From positions 11,596,238 to 11,660,237 of the forward strand of contig OZ316892.1 of assembly GCA_973895155.1 (NCBI GenBank): a stretch of 64,000 nt of DNA. The letters run 5' to 3'. The notes under the pieces were generated by a model. That model worked only from the letters and a program-made list of their open reading frames with translations, made no database searches and was not told the DNA's origin. The DNA comes from Marsupella aquatica. Taxonomy: Eukaryota; Plantae; Marchantiophyta. Made by a program: the position numbers and the translations under genes. Of this stretch, positions 50,110 to 62,212 are shown one piece after another (the stretch's first letter is position 1; the number at the start of each line of letters is the position of its first letter).

Positions 50110-51499
50110 CTACACAGATCAATTTAGGAGAATTGGTTTAGGAGAATTTATTCAGGCACAACAATTCATTCCTACAAAGATCTATTTCCACACCATTTGA
50201 AGGTCTGGGCGAGCCGGAGGCTGATTGTAAGCCAGATTTGTGCTCACTTGAATTCAGATGTGTACTTATTAGAATTCTCAGCCAAAATTGGCTGTGTAGT
50301 CGATACTATATGTCTCAGCAATTCATTTGACAGCGGAATTCACCCACATACTCAGTACAGTCTGAACACTCAGTATCCTTTGAAAGATCGATAGTACACA
50401 TAATCTATCACACATGCACTGTTTCTTTATTTTGTAAATGCAAACAAAATGTAGAGAATTCAGAAGATTGCATGTGGACTCAGAAATTCAGGCACTTTTA
50501 CATGAAATGTAGCTCTATTTCATGGCATCGACATCAAAAATAGCTCAATTGGATCATACATTGCAGTTTGTGATCAGCCTGGCAAATCCTGGAAGTCTTT
50601 TCGATCAGCTCTGCAACTCCATAAACGGAATGAATGGCCGGGTCTCAATTCTGGGCCAACAAAATCTGCAAAAAAACTTACGCAAAGCACTTCACAAGCA
50701 AGGATCAGACGGTGAAAGAGCTATGGTGGAAGCAGCAGTGCAGCAATGGCACAATAGTGAAAGATTGGAGCGTAGTAGCAGAAAAAAAGCTATGGTGGGA
50801 GCAATCCTCCCGAAAATGCCTTGAAAATTTCCCAAAGGCCAACGTGAGCGGCCTCAGAGGAGTGGCGCAAAGTCTTCAGGTCGGCTGCACGGATTGGGGC
50901 GAGCCGGGCCGATTGGAAGGCAACAAGCTGGGCCGCAAGGCAGCCTGGGCGCGAAAAAATTTACCGCCCATTGGCGGTTCCCTCGGGGGCCCTGACCGGG
51001 GCTGGCCCGTTGCCCACAAGGGGCGAGGGTACCCCGCGAGGGGTGGGTGGGCCTCCCCGCCTCCTCACTCCCTCCACACCCTGCACCCTATGCTCCCAAG
51101 TACGGCTGCTGCGTGGCAGCACTTCCTTTCTTCTTGGGGGGTCCGAGTGTACCTTCACTCCCTGGTCGTACCTCCATGGAACCCTGCTCTTAGCTCACAA
51201 TGGATTCCAATATTGTAGTGAATTAATAAAGCATGGCCTGTCTTTCTACCTGAATTGTCCCAACCTGTGTTCAATTTTGAAATCTTGCCATAATATGCTG
51301 CCGGAGTAATCATATTGGTACTTGTCGTACCAATATTGTCGTACCAATATTGTCATACCGGATGGCATGACTAATCACAGCATACAAGTCTGACTCGGGT
51401 TCTGTGCTCCCAAGTTGTTAGAGTCATCCATCAAACTCTGGCCCTCTAGGGAAGTGGACCATTGTGAAAATGTACACCCAACTGCTTGGCATTGGAACA

Positions 51500-52152
51500 A
51501 TCAAAATATGACATATACGGAGTACAACATCCCTCCATACCATGATAAACCTCGATATTTTCTTTAAATCATTGGAACGATCAAAATATGACATATACGG
51601 AGTACGACATCCCTCCATACCATGATAAACCTCGTTATTTTCTTTAAATCAATAAGTGCATGCCATATATTACCACATTTTGATGTGTGATAAAATATGA
51701 CATATACGGAGTACGACATCTCTCCATACCATGATAAATCTCGTTATTTTCTTTAAATCAATGAGTGCGCGCCATACATTACCACATTTTGATGTGTGAT
51801 TCCTGGCAAGGCATTGGACCTTCCGGGGGCCATCTTGTTGAGAAAACAGGGATTACAATTTTTGTGTGGGGGATTCACAATGGGTCCCAAGTTTAAGGAT
51901 TCTAACATAAGCAGCTGGATGACTATGGGGAGGATTGTCATGAAGCACTTATTTTCTTTAAATCAATGAGTGCGCGCCATAAATGACCACATTTTGATGT
52001 GTGATTCCTGGCAGGGCATTGGACCTTCTGGGGGCCATCTTGTTGAGAAAAACGGGGATTACAATTTTTGTGTGGGGGATTCACAATGGGTCCCAAGTTT
52101 AAGGATTCTAGCATAAGCAATTGGATGACTATGGGGAGGATTGTCATGAAGC
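51500..52152. repeat. Nested tandem repeats: ~68-bp unit x3 plus ~205-bp unit x2
   Basis: aaaatatgacatatacggagtac.acatc.ctccataccatgataaa at ~51502, 51582 and 51692; ttattttctttaaatcaatgagtgcgcgccata...gactatggggaggattgtcatgaagc at ~51744 and ~51949. Confidence 0.92.
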
Positions 52153-52378
52153 GCTCCACTGTGTTTATGGCTCTGTAACTACAATATTCGCAATCCCTTG
52201 GATCTGAAGCCTAAATCCTATACACTCTAAAAACAAGGAAGAATTATGTTTACCTGTGTTGTACAAGTCTGTGTAAGCTAATGTAAATCGTGAATGGATT
52301 GCAAATATCTTTGACTGCTGTCGGGTTACTTGGACTCAATTGAAATCGATGGGGAGGAGCACTTGCAAATTTAGAGTT

Positions 52379-55300
52379 TCAAGCCTCTCGAATTAAAGGA
52401 GTGGAGTCTCCTGATGTAAATTGACGACGTCTCGTTAGATGGTAAGGCATTGCACAGTGCTCCACATGGCGGAGCACTAGCTTCTCCTTTGTCGAAACCC
52501 ATCTGCTAGGAACATCTGCTGTGATCGCGATGCAAATGTTAGAGCTATGTCCGGTATTCTTCCATTTGATCCTGCAACGAGTATTGAGAGCCAAAATCTG
52601 GTTGTAGTCCGATACCCCTGCATACTAATGAGGTGCCATAAAGCCCATGACGATAAACTCCACTCGATGGTTTTGACTGCTGCTTCTGTGCTCGGCAACG
52701 TTGCTGCAACCCATAGCTTTGATTGTGATTTGACTTCTAGTCTGAATCAGCCACGAGGATCCGTAACTAGCAGGGAAGAGTATCCGTGATTTGATATTGT
52801 GTCAAACTTTCGTTACCCTCTAGCAAAGCTCCTCACAGTCCTGTCGTCTAATTTTCCGACTCGTAAAGTAACAGCACCGTACACAACGTTTAATTGAGGA
52901 TGACAGGCACACCAAAATTTCTCTCCAATCTGTGGAGCGACAGACAGGTCCAGGTCTCTAAATCAGAAACATTTAGAGGCCAGAACACAGGCAATAAATT
53001 GACCTAATTTGACACAAACCCCTTGACATAAATGCAAATTTTGTAACTCATTGAGAAACAAATACAAGAATCCAAAATCATCCGAAGGTTCCAGTTCAAT
53101 CAGAAGTCGACGACAATTGACAAAATAATCATCGAAGTAAAGCCAAAAAATGAAGCATTGCTAACGGGAGTTGCCTTCATGGCAATTCAGCCAAAAGCTG
53201 GTAAGATTTCTGGTGAAGTCTCAATTTGGCTATCAAGCAAAATGCATGTGCTAGGTGGCAGAAAAAAGTTACAATAGTAGTTCCCAGTATTTGAAAAGCA
53301 GTAAACGGTGGACACAAGGGGAAAGACATATTGAACATCTAAGTTTGAGGTACAGAAACAAGACTCGTTCACTAAGCTGACAGTTTCCCTTTGACCATCA
53401 ATCAAGACAGTATTTTCCATACTATTACTTACATTTGACTCTTCCCCTACGTTGACAGTTTCCCTTTGCACAGCAACGAGGAGAGCACTTTATTAAAGTT
53501 TTTTTATACTGTGAATGTGGTACCATTTGATAAAAGAGTATCCGACGCAAGAATTGTACACACAATGAAGTCATTACATGATGGAGACAAGCGTCAAGAA
53601 CGCAAGATAGTGGTCACTATGCTGGTCCTTCAGTACCTGCTTGCTGCTCTTTGAACATCTGATTCCTGAGCCTGGCTTCGCCGAAATGTCGGGAATTGTT
53701 TGGCAGCCATGACCAAAACCACCAAGAACATCCATAATGCATTGATGACTTTCAACAAATGGCAACGCTCTGTAACAAACATGCGACTCTTACTCAATAT
53801 CCTGGTACTAACATTGGATCAAAACAAAACATAATACCAGACCATTGCCCTAGTAATATATGAATCTGTTGACTAATCTTGTAACGAGGGACAAACAAAC
53901 CGTATGTTAGATGACATGGGCTGGGGATTCGCCAATGTAACGCTTTAATACAACTCGTTTTACAAGAAGCAGGTCCATCTTCAATAGAGAAAATACCTGC
54001 AACTACCTTCCAGCAATCTAGCTGCGGAGAAGCCACCATGTCAACAATCACTCGGCAAACAGGAGAATGAATGGAAGGAGTATTGGAATTAGTACCAAGT
54101 ACATTCATCTGGTTTAGATAATAAGATAAATAAGAAAATAAGTCTGTAAGAATCAATCCACAAAGTCTTGTCAAGAAGAGCACTATACCAATCTGCAAGT
54201 CCTACATTTACTCGATTCTTGGCACCCAGTGTATGCATGTATAGCTCATTCGGCTAAGGCCATATGTGCTACGAATGCGACAATCAAATCGTTAGCACAC
54301 GGCCTTGAATAAATAATGCTTGCACTTGGACCCACAAAAGAAGATCATGGCTTAATCTGTAGAACATGATTAGTACAATAAACGAATCCTAAACCGAAAA
54401 TTGTCCACATACTCAACATCCATGTCCGCTTGTTAGTGGTGCCAAGCTCACTTGATCCAATCCGAAGAGTCTTCTTCTAGGGAGAATGTCGTGTCTTCGT
54501 TGTAGTTGGTCTCATCAATTAAAGTAAACTGAAATGCCACCCAATGTGTGACCACATGTACAGTTTACCACTACATCACTCCAAGAACAAATTTTCACCT
54601 CCACATAGCGGAGGAGCACGCAAGCAGTATGACAGTCGCAAATGGAGAAATCGTCCAAACTATCTGCGTAGTCTGCCACAGTCAGTTTGGACCATCTCTC
54701 CATTCGTGAGCGTCGACCTTGTGAGAGGCCAAGCTAATCGTCCCAATACTGTCGCACGTCCCAAGAGCCCACAGATGTTATATGAAAGGACAGATTTTCA
54801 ACTCTGCCGACTTTATCTAATCCAAGCAAGGTACATATGAAGCTGACGGTTGCATTGAAAGCTTTTTAATTCGGTGATCCAATTGCGACATAAGAAATGA
54901 GCAGAACACGAACAAATTTTCAACCTTCTTGAAAGAATAACAAGAGAAGGAATGTGCAGCAACGCAGGCCGTGCCCTTTGGTCATCCAAAGCCTGGTTTC
55001 ATCAGCACATCCCAGGCAGCATATACTGCGATGTTTGTAACCATTCTTGTGACGGTCTTCGTCCTGCCCTTAAAAGCTTGATCAGTTTGATCAAGCTTCT
55101 TAAAGGCATCACTGTTGCTCCTAACGGCCTAGCAACACAACGCCTGCATCTTCGCTAATACTAACACCAAGCTGAAACTGAACATTCTCAACCAGAACCA
55201 CTTCTAAACCAGTTGCAGTAGTGACTGAATAGCATAACCATAAATTTTCAAACCTGTTCAAAATTTCGTGGCTCCTGGATGTGATCTTTAGTTAACACAG

Positions 55301-58016
55301 TCGCAAAGCCCCTATACACAACTCAGTCCCAGAAGAGTAACTGCTTCAACGAGTAAACTTTTTGAATTCTTAATCTGTCCCAGATAAATTACTCCTATCC
55401 CATAATTATTTTACAATTTTAAACTTCCAATCTGTAAAACCCGACGAATGAGGCAATTTACACGTAAAAGTCTCGCATCTATCGTGCCAGCACCAGGTGG
55501 ACCTACAATAAATCAGGCTCTCTTGAATCTCTCTCAACGTCCGATTCTCTGGAACCACCCAAACTAGTTCCACCCTTTCGCCTCTCCCTTCTTCCCTTTT
55601 GGATCCTCTTTCGACCTTGTTTTTCCTTGACAATGTACTGCTCCCTATCTGCATCAGCCCTCCGCAGGTCCCGCCGCATCTCATCAAACCCAGTTGCCCT
55701 CTGTTGCAATTCCTCTTCTTCTTTCAACCGGGCTCTTTCAAGCTCATCATTGCGCATTTGTTGAAGAGTTTCAAGCATCGACAACTGCTCTGCAGTCATG
55801 CCTCCAGGAATCAACCGGGGAGGAGCTGTCCTGGGTTGTCCAAATGGAACCATCGCATGCCTCATGGGGTCACTGGGATCCAAGCCTGCGATTTGGTGAT
55901 CACTTGTACTCCTATGATCATCTGCTCCCATAAATCCTCTGCTTGGTATGTGCTTTCTCTTCCTCCCTTTTCACAGACAAGGCAAACCAGTTGTATTACA
56001 ACAGCTGTCAAACAAACTGCTATTCTAGACATTCTGTTCTGCAATACATCAACAAGAACACGAAAGCACGTATGCAAATACAGCAAGAAACTATATCTTC
56101 AGAAGCGGGAACATACCAAAGCCTGAAAATTCCCGTCGTCTTACGGATCCAGCTCCACCTAGCTGACCAGACTTTGGTGTCTCTGAAGATGTGTAGCCAA
56201 GTTCCTTTCTCTGGCCAGTTTCTCCCATCCATGATGACAAGCCAGGAAAGTTGAAGGGCGCTTGAATTTGCAATGTTGCCCCATCTGTATTAAAGGCCAG
56301 GCAAACGAGCATTTCAATTCAGGCACCACCCTTAATATAAATACAAATCCACGATCAAGAACTGCCATCTAAATCTGCTCTAGCCATTCAGCTGATGCTT
56401 AGGAGCGACCTTGTAATCTCGGCCTTTGTGGGTCCAGTACGTCCTCGCCTGCTTCACGCCTGGCCTGTCTGGCAGCTTTCCTCGCTTTTCTTCTCTTCAA
56501 GTACAGCTTGTGATCAAATTTAGGGAGGTTGTTTGTGCCAACCTTTTTAGACAGGAAGTCCTCTAACTCCAAAGGAGGCTCCTCTTCGGAGGAGCAAAGG
56601 TCCTGAGAATCTGGAAAGCCTCTCAAAGCCTGCCTTGTCACAGGCACTTATTAGAGACGACATCCTTACCAAAGGTGCTTGAAGGACCAAAGGGAAGACT
56701 CGAAACTAGAAACTAACCAAATTTAAATTTTTACAAAAGTCTCAAGGTCAGGGACACGCGCTATAACTTTGGCCACAAAGCACACAAAAAATGAAGAAAA
56801 AAAAAAGACCTACCTCTGCGAACTGCTCTGGATAATTCTTCTGTCGAGCAGGTGTCCAGAACCTCCAAGATAGCATCTTACATGTTTCATAGTCTTCTAA
56901 AGGCAATTTACCCCGTCTCCAGGTCCTGTACATTTCAATAGACTTCTCCCCTACCCACTTGTCCTTATCAACACGACTGCCCACTGCCAGCAGATACTGT
57001 CTCCACCTACTCATCCAATCTCGGGCTGCGTTCACTATGTTCACACGATGGGCATCCTGCAAAGGTTCCAAAGAGCGACCACCAGAAGCCGCTCTTCCTC
57101 CTTGGCTGGGGTCTGTCGGAATAACCGCTCTTCCACCCAAGCCAGGGTCTGGTTGAATGCTCAACCTCCAAGCACCCCTCCCGTCATGCGGTGATGTCGC
57201 GATGGGACGAGGCCCAAGATTGAATGGGAAGGCAACTTCTAGCAAAGAACAAGCCCTCCGCACCTGCTCTCTTTCCTCCTCGTCTTCTATTTGATCCAAA
57301 TCCATCCGAGCCCTCTCCACAACATTATTTAGAGCGATTCTTCCGTCATTTGTAACCCAAAAGCTCTCTAAAGCTGATTCCCACATGGCCCATCGCACAT
57401 CATCCACAATTTGCTTATCGAGAGGACGGATATCTTCGGGGATTGGCAACGCAGTTTGCGGGTACCGAATTAAGAGCCTCGCCAGGCTCGGTGGATTAGT
57501 CACTAGCTTTAAATTCGGATTGTTTTCCGAGTGGACCCCATCCACATGCCACTTTGTCAGTACTTTGACGATAAACGCCTTCATTCGGCTGGTCTTTTTC
57601 CTCCACCATTTCAGCTCAAAGTCCCCGCCATTCCGGAGCTTTTGCTTCAACAAGTTATCCTCCCTTGGCTTTGATCTGGGTCTAGGCTTAAGAGCTCGCT
57701 TCGGATTGCCTCTACGTGGAGGAGGAACATACATGTGGTGGACGTGAGCAAAGTGGTCCTGTAATTGCCATGTCTTGTGAAAGGTAGCCAAGCACGATCT
57801 ATGCTCCAACAAACTGCAGGCGTACTTGGACTCTGTGGTTGGGTTCAGCCCTGCCGTGTTCGGAGGAATCCTGTAGTACAAGGACGAATCTGCTACGGGT
57901 AAACCCTCAGGATTGGGTGTGTTGGCCTCGTCTACATCACGTTCTTCCTGGACATCTGAGCTGTCGCGATCATCCTCACTTGAACCATGCCTGTAATCTA
58001 CCACAATCTCTGACAT
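52379..58016 (-). pseudogene. Large multi-exon gene of unrecognised family with an N-terminal C2H2-like zinc finger and a coiled coil; several premature stops
   Basis: Exon 58016-56814 is 401 open codons with YACSLLEHRSCLATFHKTWQLQDHFAHVH and donor GAG|GTAGGT. Further splice-bounded coding-like blocks at ~56629-56410, 56040-55500, 55128-54970, 54843-54598, 54108-53900, 53770-53637 and 52741-52379. Exon linkage is tentative. Confidence 0.6.
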
Positions 58017-59202
58017 AGTGCACCAGTCAACCGGGCCTGGGCAACCGAAGTCTGCGACCAAAACACGAAAACGCGGGTTGGAGCAGCAAGAGAACGTATT
58101 GCAAGCATTGTCACTCAACAGAAACTGCAATCCGATAGGTTTACTACCTTCGGAAAGATGGACTTTGAAGTAACCCCTGTCCCAAACCTATCCGGTCCAT
58201 GTCAAGACTCGATTTACTTCAACAAAACAACCTCCCATCTTAAATTGCAGAACTCGACACGCGTGTAGAAATCCCAACGTCGACCACATATATGGATTCT
58301 ACGCACTCACCAATCCTGTACAGTAGTACACAAGCCTCTCACGAAACAGCCATCATGTTGAATCCGGGCCATCAGCACCGGTACGCTGTCGGAACGGGAC
58401 AGAATTCTAGAGATCTCCCGACCGCAAGCCTCTCGATCACTGCTCTAGAATGCACTTGAAATGGCCATGGTAACATCATTTGATCAGATTCTGGATAACC
58501 ACCACGCCGCCAAAGAAATGCGAGGACTGACATGTGCCTGATGGACGAGCTTTTCATTATGGTTCAACGTCGTCTCTCCTCTACATCATCAAAGAGCAAC
58601 GAGAGAATGCCAGAAGGAACGACCATCGTTGAACCTCCATAACTTAAGTCTATAAATAATTCAAGTCAAATTGATGCACAGTCGCAACAAAGCAATACTA
58701 CCGAGTCGGACATTCTGCTGCGTAAGCGTACAAAATTTGCCTCCCGTGTCCCCATGGCTGATGCGCGTGATTCTGAAGCTGGAAAATCAAACTCCACCGA
58801 TAGACCTCATGTCACACGACCGAAACATACACGTGGGCTTGACATGCCACACCCCCTAGCGACCAACATTCGGCTCTCAAAATTTGACCCCTCGGCATCA
58901 TCTCATTCTCGTCACAATCCAACAACAGCTGATCGATCGAGGACCCAGAACGTGAAGAAGAAACGCTTTCAATTGCACAAACTGGTTCGCAATCACACTG
59001 CTCTTCTCACCCTACTCATCAGTTTCGACACTAATTGGAACACAACGTTCTCACCTATGCCAATTCGCTCGCTCTTGGTCAGTTTGGAAATGGCAAGGCA
59101 CCGATTTACGGCCCAGTAATCTAGAAGAATGATGATCGCAACTAACGCTACCAGTCTGAATGAAATCAGAACAACGGCCCCCAAAATCCTCCTCAATGAG
59201 CG

Positions 59203-59241
<39 letters not shown>

Positions 59242-59624
59242 CTCCACCTGATCCACTCCCGCGCAGACAAGAACAGGGCGCAGTTGATTTGGAAGCAACA
59301 AGAATGTTCTCCGAATCAGAAAATCAGCAAATCTGCCATGTCCGTTCTGCTCCGCTCAGAGCGTCGGGCAAAACACGAATGCAGGTAGCCGGGATCTCGA
59401 AACCGGACTCGGTGCTGGAGGCCGATTTGCGACACACGAAATGGTCGAAAAAGCTTCGATGGCAAGACCGCAAACATGACTATGGCGGAAGAGGCTGGTG
59501 TCTGTGTATCTATCCGGAATTCCGGACCTGTGCGATAGGGTTTGTGGCAGGGTGCTTTTTAATTTTTAATATCATGGGTTTTCCCGTTTTCGCGAGAGTG
59601 GATAATGTGTTTTTTAAAATTTAA

Positions 59625-60066
59625 GATGTTTGATTTGTTTTCGCAAGGGTGGAGAAGAATGGGAAATGAAGCGGGGATAGACCTCTAGATTTGTCAAAAC
59701 TCTCCCATGGATTTTTGCAACTCAGAAGGACCCCATTTTACTCACAATGTCACAGGGAATTCCTAGTAGGTCCATCCTGATTGCGTGGTTCCTTTTTTAG
59801 GTCCATTGGAACATCATTTTTGTGGAGAATGTGATTATTTATTTAATCTTTTGTAATTTTAATTTGTTTTTTCAAGGGTGGACAAGAATAGAAAATGAAG
59901 CCCGGATAGAACTCTAGTTGTCAAAATACTCCCAAGGATTTTTGTAACTCAAATGGACCCCATTTCACTCACAATTGCTCAGGGAATATTCCTACTTGGT
60001 CCATTCTTATTGTGTGATTCTTTTTTTGGTCCATGGGAGCATCATTTTTGTCAGAGTGTGATTTTT
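59625..60066. repeat. Direct repeat (~230-bp unit x2) carrying four GGTCCAT motifs
   Basis: caagggtgga.aagaat...aaatgaagc..ggataga.ctctag..tgtcaaaa...ggaccccattt.actcacaat...ggtccat...ggtccat.gg..catcatttttgt occurs twice. Confidence 0.9.
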
Positions 60067-60096
60067 ACTTTTTTTACTTTTTGTGAGGGAAGAGAA

Positions 60097-60165
60097 CGGC
60101 TTAGGTTAGTATGCTAGGGGATTAACTTGGAAGTGAGACTGAGGTTCCAGGTTCAATCCCCCATG
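60097..60165 (+). other. Degenerate tRNA-like Pol III promoter (possible SINE head)
   Basis: B-box-like GGTTCAATCCC at 60150-60160 with an A-box-like ggcttaggttag ~50 bp upstream. No cloverleaf. Confidence 0.3.
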
Positions 60166-60454
60166 AACACTCCCCCGTGGGTGGAGGATATATGTGTGTG
60201 AGTGGGAAGGGGTTTGCAAGTAGTGAATGGGAGTTGATATCTCCTCTAGCCCTGGTTGTCCACATTGTGACCCTGATTTAATCTTCTCTCCTTCCTGGTG
60301 AGGGTCCTGTTGGGATCAGTGGAGACTCACCTTGAAATTATGGGCTCCTTACAATGAGTTTATGTCACTATTGGGGTGGGGAGAGTCTACTCAGTATTCT
60401 TTCTCATTTCCTTTCAAGACAAGAAGAGAGAATGTCACCTTCTGTGAAAGAGAA

Positions 60455-60655
60455 CATCCTAAGAATATTCTTTATCTAAACTTCTTAGATTAATTTCCCA
60501 TGGGCTAGGTGGGAAACTGGTTAATAGAAGACCCAAAACCTGGTGAATTTTTGCTACACAAGTGGCAAAAACGTTTTGAAGAGGTGGAATCTGGCGATTC
60601 CTGCCTCACAAAAATGCTGGTTTGTTGGGTACATAATTGTGTTGTGAGATTTACT
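60455..60655 (+). repeat. Fragment of the dispersed repeat at 27.7-28.7 kb
   Basis: ctaagaatattctttatcta, ggctaggtg.gaaactgg.taat.gaag and aggtggaa.ctggcga.tc are shared with 27693, 28111 and 28591. Confidence 0.7.
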
Positions 60656-61059
60656 AAATTGATATTAGTATTAGTATAACTAACCTACAGCTTGTGCAAG
60701 GCACAGTATTGCCAAGCATATAAGTTGATCCAACCCAATTGGGATGGTTGGAAAGCGTGTTCTGGTTGGGGTAGAGTACATTGATGACCATGTGATAGTG
60801 AAACCTGGTTGGACGTTGACTGTTCGGTTGTTTCAAGTTAACTAGAGTTACTTTGCTTAACCAACACTCAGTGGAAAGAGATGGCAAGTTGTAATTGAAC
60901 GAAGAAGATTGGCAAAGTATGTATATCCTGCAAAGAATGTAGTAAATGTCAGTTATTTGTTTGTGCCTCACTGGCTTGAGGTTTGAACATTACTCTATGT
61001 AAATGTAAAGTAAGTGGACATTCACACCACAATAGAGTGTGTTGTCCACACGGCGTCCT

Positions 61060-61407
61060 GCATTTTTTTTTGAAGTGGAGGCTCCATGATTGGACAGACA
61101 CTTGACCCTACCACTTGGGTGGACACAGAACCTTTACATCCTAGAACCTTATAGTGTCATGGTATGGAAGTGTAAGAGGCTATATACACAGTAACTGTGG
61201 TAATTAAGGGAACCCAACTTGTGTGTCATTCAGATCCCATCCTTATTTTTGGAGTGGAAGCTCGGATGGACACAAATATTTGACACTGCTACTCAATTGG
61301 AGACAAAAACTTTACAATGTCATAATTTCACAATTCTCTCAATACATAGTGTCATGATATAGAAGTGTAAGAGGTTGCATCCACACTAGTTGTGGTGACA
61401 GAGGGAG
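61060..61407. repeat. Diverged tandem duplication (~190-bp period)
   Basis: ttttt.g.agtgga.gctc...ttgac.ct.c.act...atagtgtcatg.tat.gaagtgtaagagg twice. Confidence 0.75.
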
Positions 61408-61475
61408 GGCCCAAATCCTTCAGTTGAATGCATGAAGGAATCCTTTGAAAACTTTCTGTTACCAGTCAAATTGTT

Positions 61476-62212
61476 ACCCCTAAAAAGGTGACAATGAATA
61501 AAACCCATTTCACAAACTGCAGAACTTGATGACACGGAGTAGCCAATGACATGAAAACTGCCTTTAGTTCCCTACAGTAGTGTAGCGTATATGCATACTA
61601 TATATGATGGGTGCATTTCCAATACGTTACCCTTTGAGACTTTCGCCCACTCACTTAGCCCCATCACAAAGAAGGTGGCAAGCCATGATATTTGACCCCA
61701 AAAAAGTAACAATTAAAAAATCCCCATTTCACCAAACTGCAGAACTTGATGACACGGAGTAGCGAATGACATGGGATTATGGGAATAGTGAATAGACATT
61801 CACAACTGCCTTTCGTTCTCTACAGTAGTGTAGCGTATACGCTTACTATACACCCTGGGTGCGTTGCTATACGTTACCCCCTTAAGCCTTACACCCCCTC
61901 ACTTAGCCCATTACAAAGAAGGTGGCAAGCCATGATATCTCTCTACAGTAGTGTAGCGTATATGCTTACTATACACACTGGGTGCATTCCTATACGTTAA
62001 GTGAGGGGGTGTAAGGCTCAGGGGGTAATTAGCCCATTACAAAGAAGGTGGCAAGCCATGATATCAGACCCCAAAAAAGGAGACAATTGATAAATCCCCA
62101 TTTCACAAAACTGCAGAACTAGATGACACGGAGTAGCGAATTCCCTACCGTAGCGTAGCGTATATACGTACTATACGCGGTGTGCCATTTACAATACGAT
62201 ACGTTACCCCTT
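61476..62212. repeat. Complex tandem repeat, 3-4 partly rearranged copies
   Basis: cccatttcac.aaactgcagaact.gatgacacggagtagc.aat at ~61504, 61723 and 62097; tac(a/c)gtag(t/c)gtagcgtata x4; caaagaaggtggcaagccatgatat x3. Confidence 0.9.

Larger units (their letters stand above)
46313..51189. mobile_element. PIF/Harbinger DNA transposon, formerly autonomous, 4877 bp, decayed
   Basis: Convergent transposase and Myb/trihelix genes. Imperfect TIRs taa|GAGCTGGTCCATAGGAAGGT and ACCTCCATGGAACCCTGCTC|tta with TWA flanks. GC-rich subterminal regions, including repeated ggccc(g/a)actc at ~46551-46626. Confidence 0.8.

Noticed and set aside
50634-51218. 194-aa ORF at the Harbinger right end as a third transposon gene
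   Set aside because: Runs through GC-rich subterminal sequence and past the TIR; no motif.
52379-58016. Orphan gene as cargo inside the Harbinger element
   Set aside because: A matching right TIR with TTA flank closes the Harbinger at 51189, before the gene.
60097-60170. Functional tRNA gene
   Set aside because: B-box only; acceptor and anticodon stems cannot be formed.
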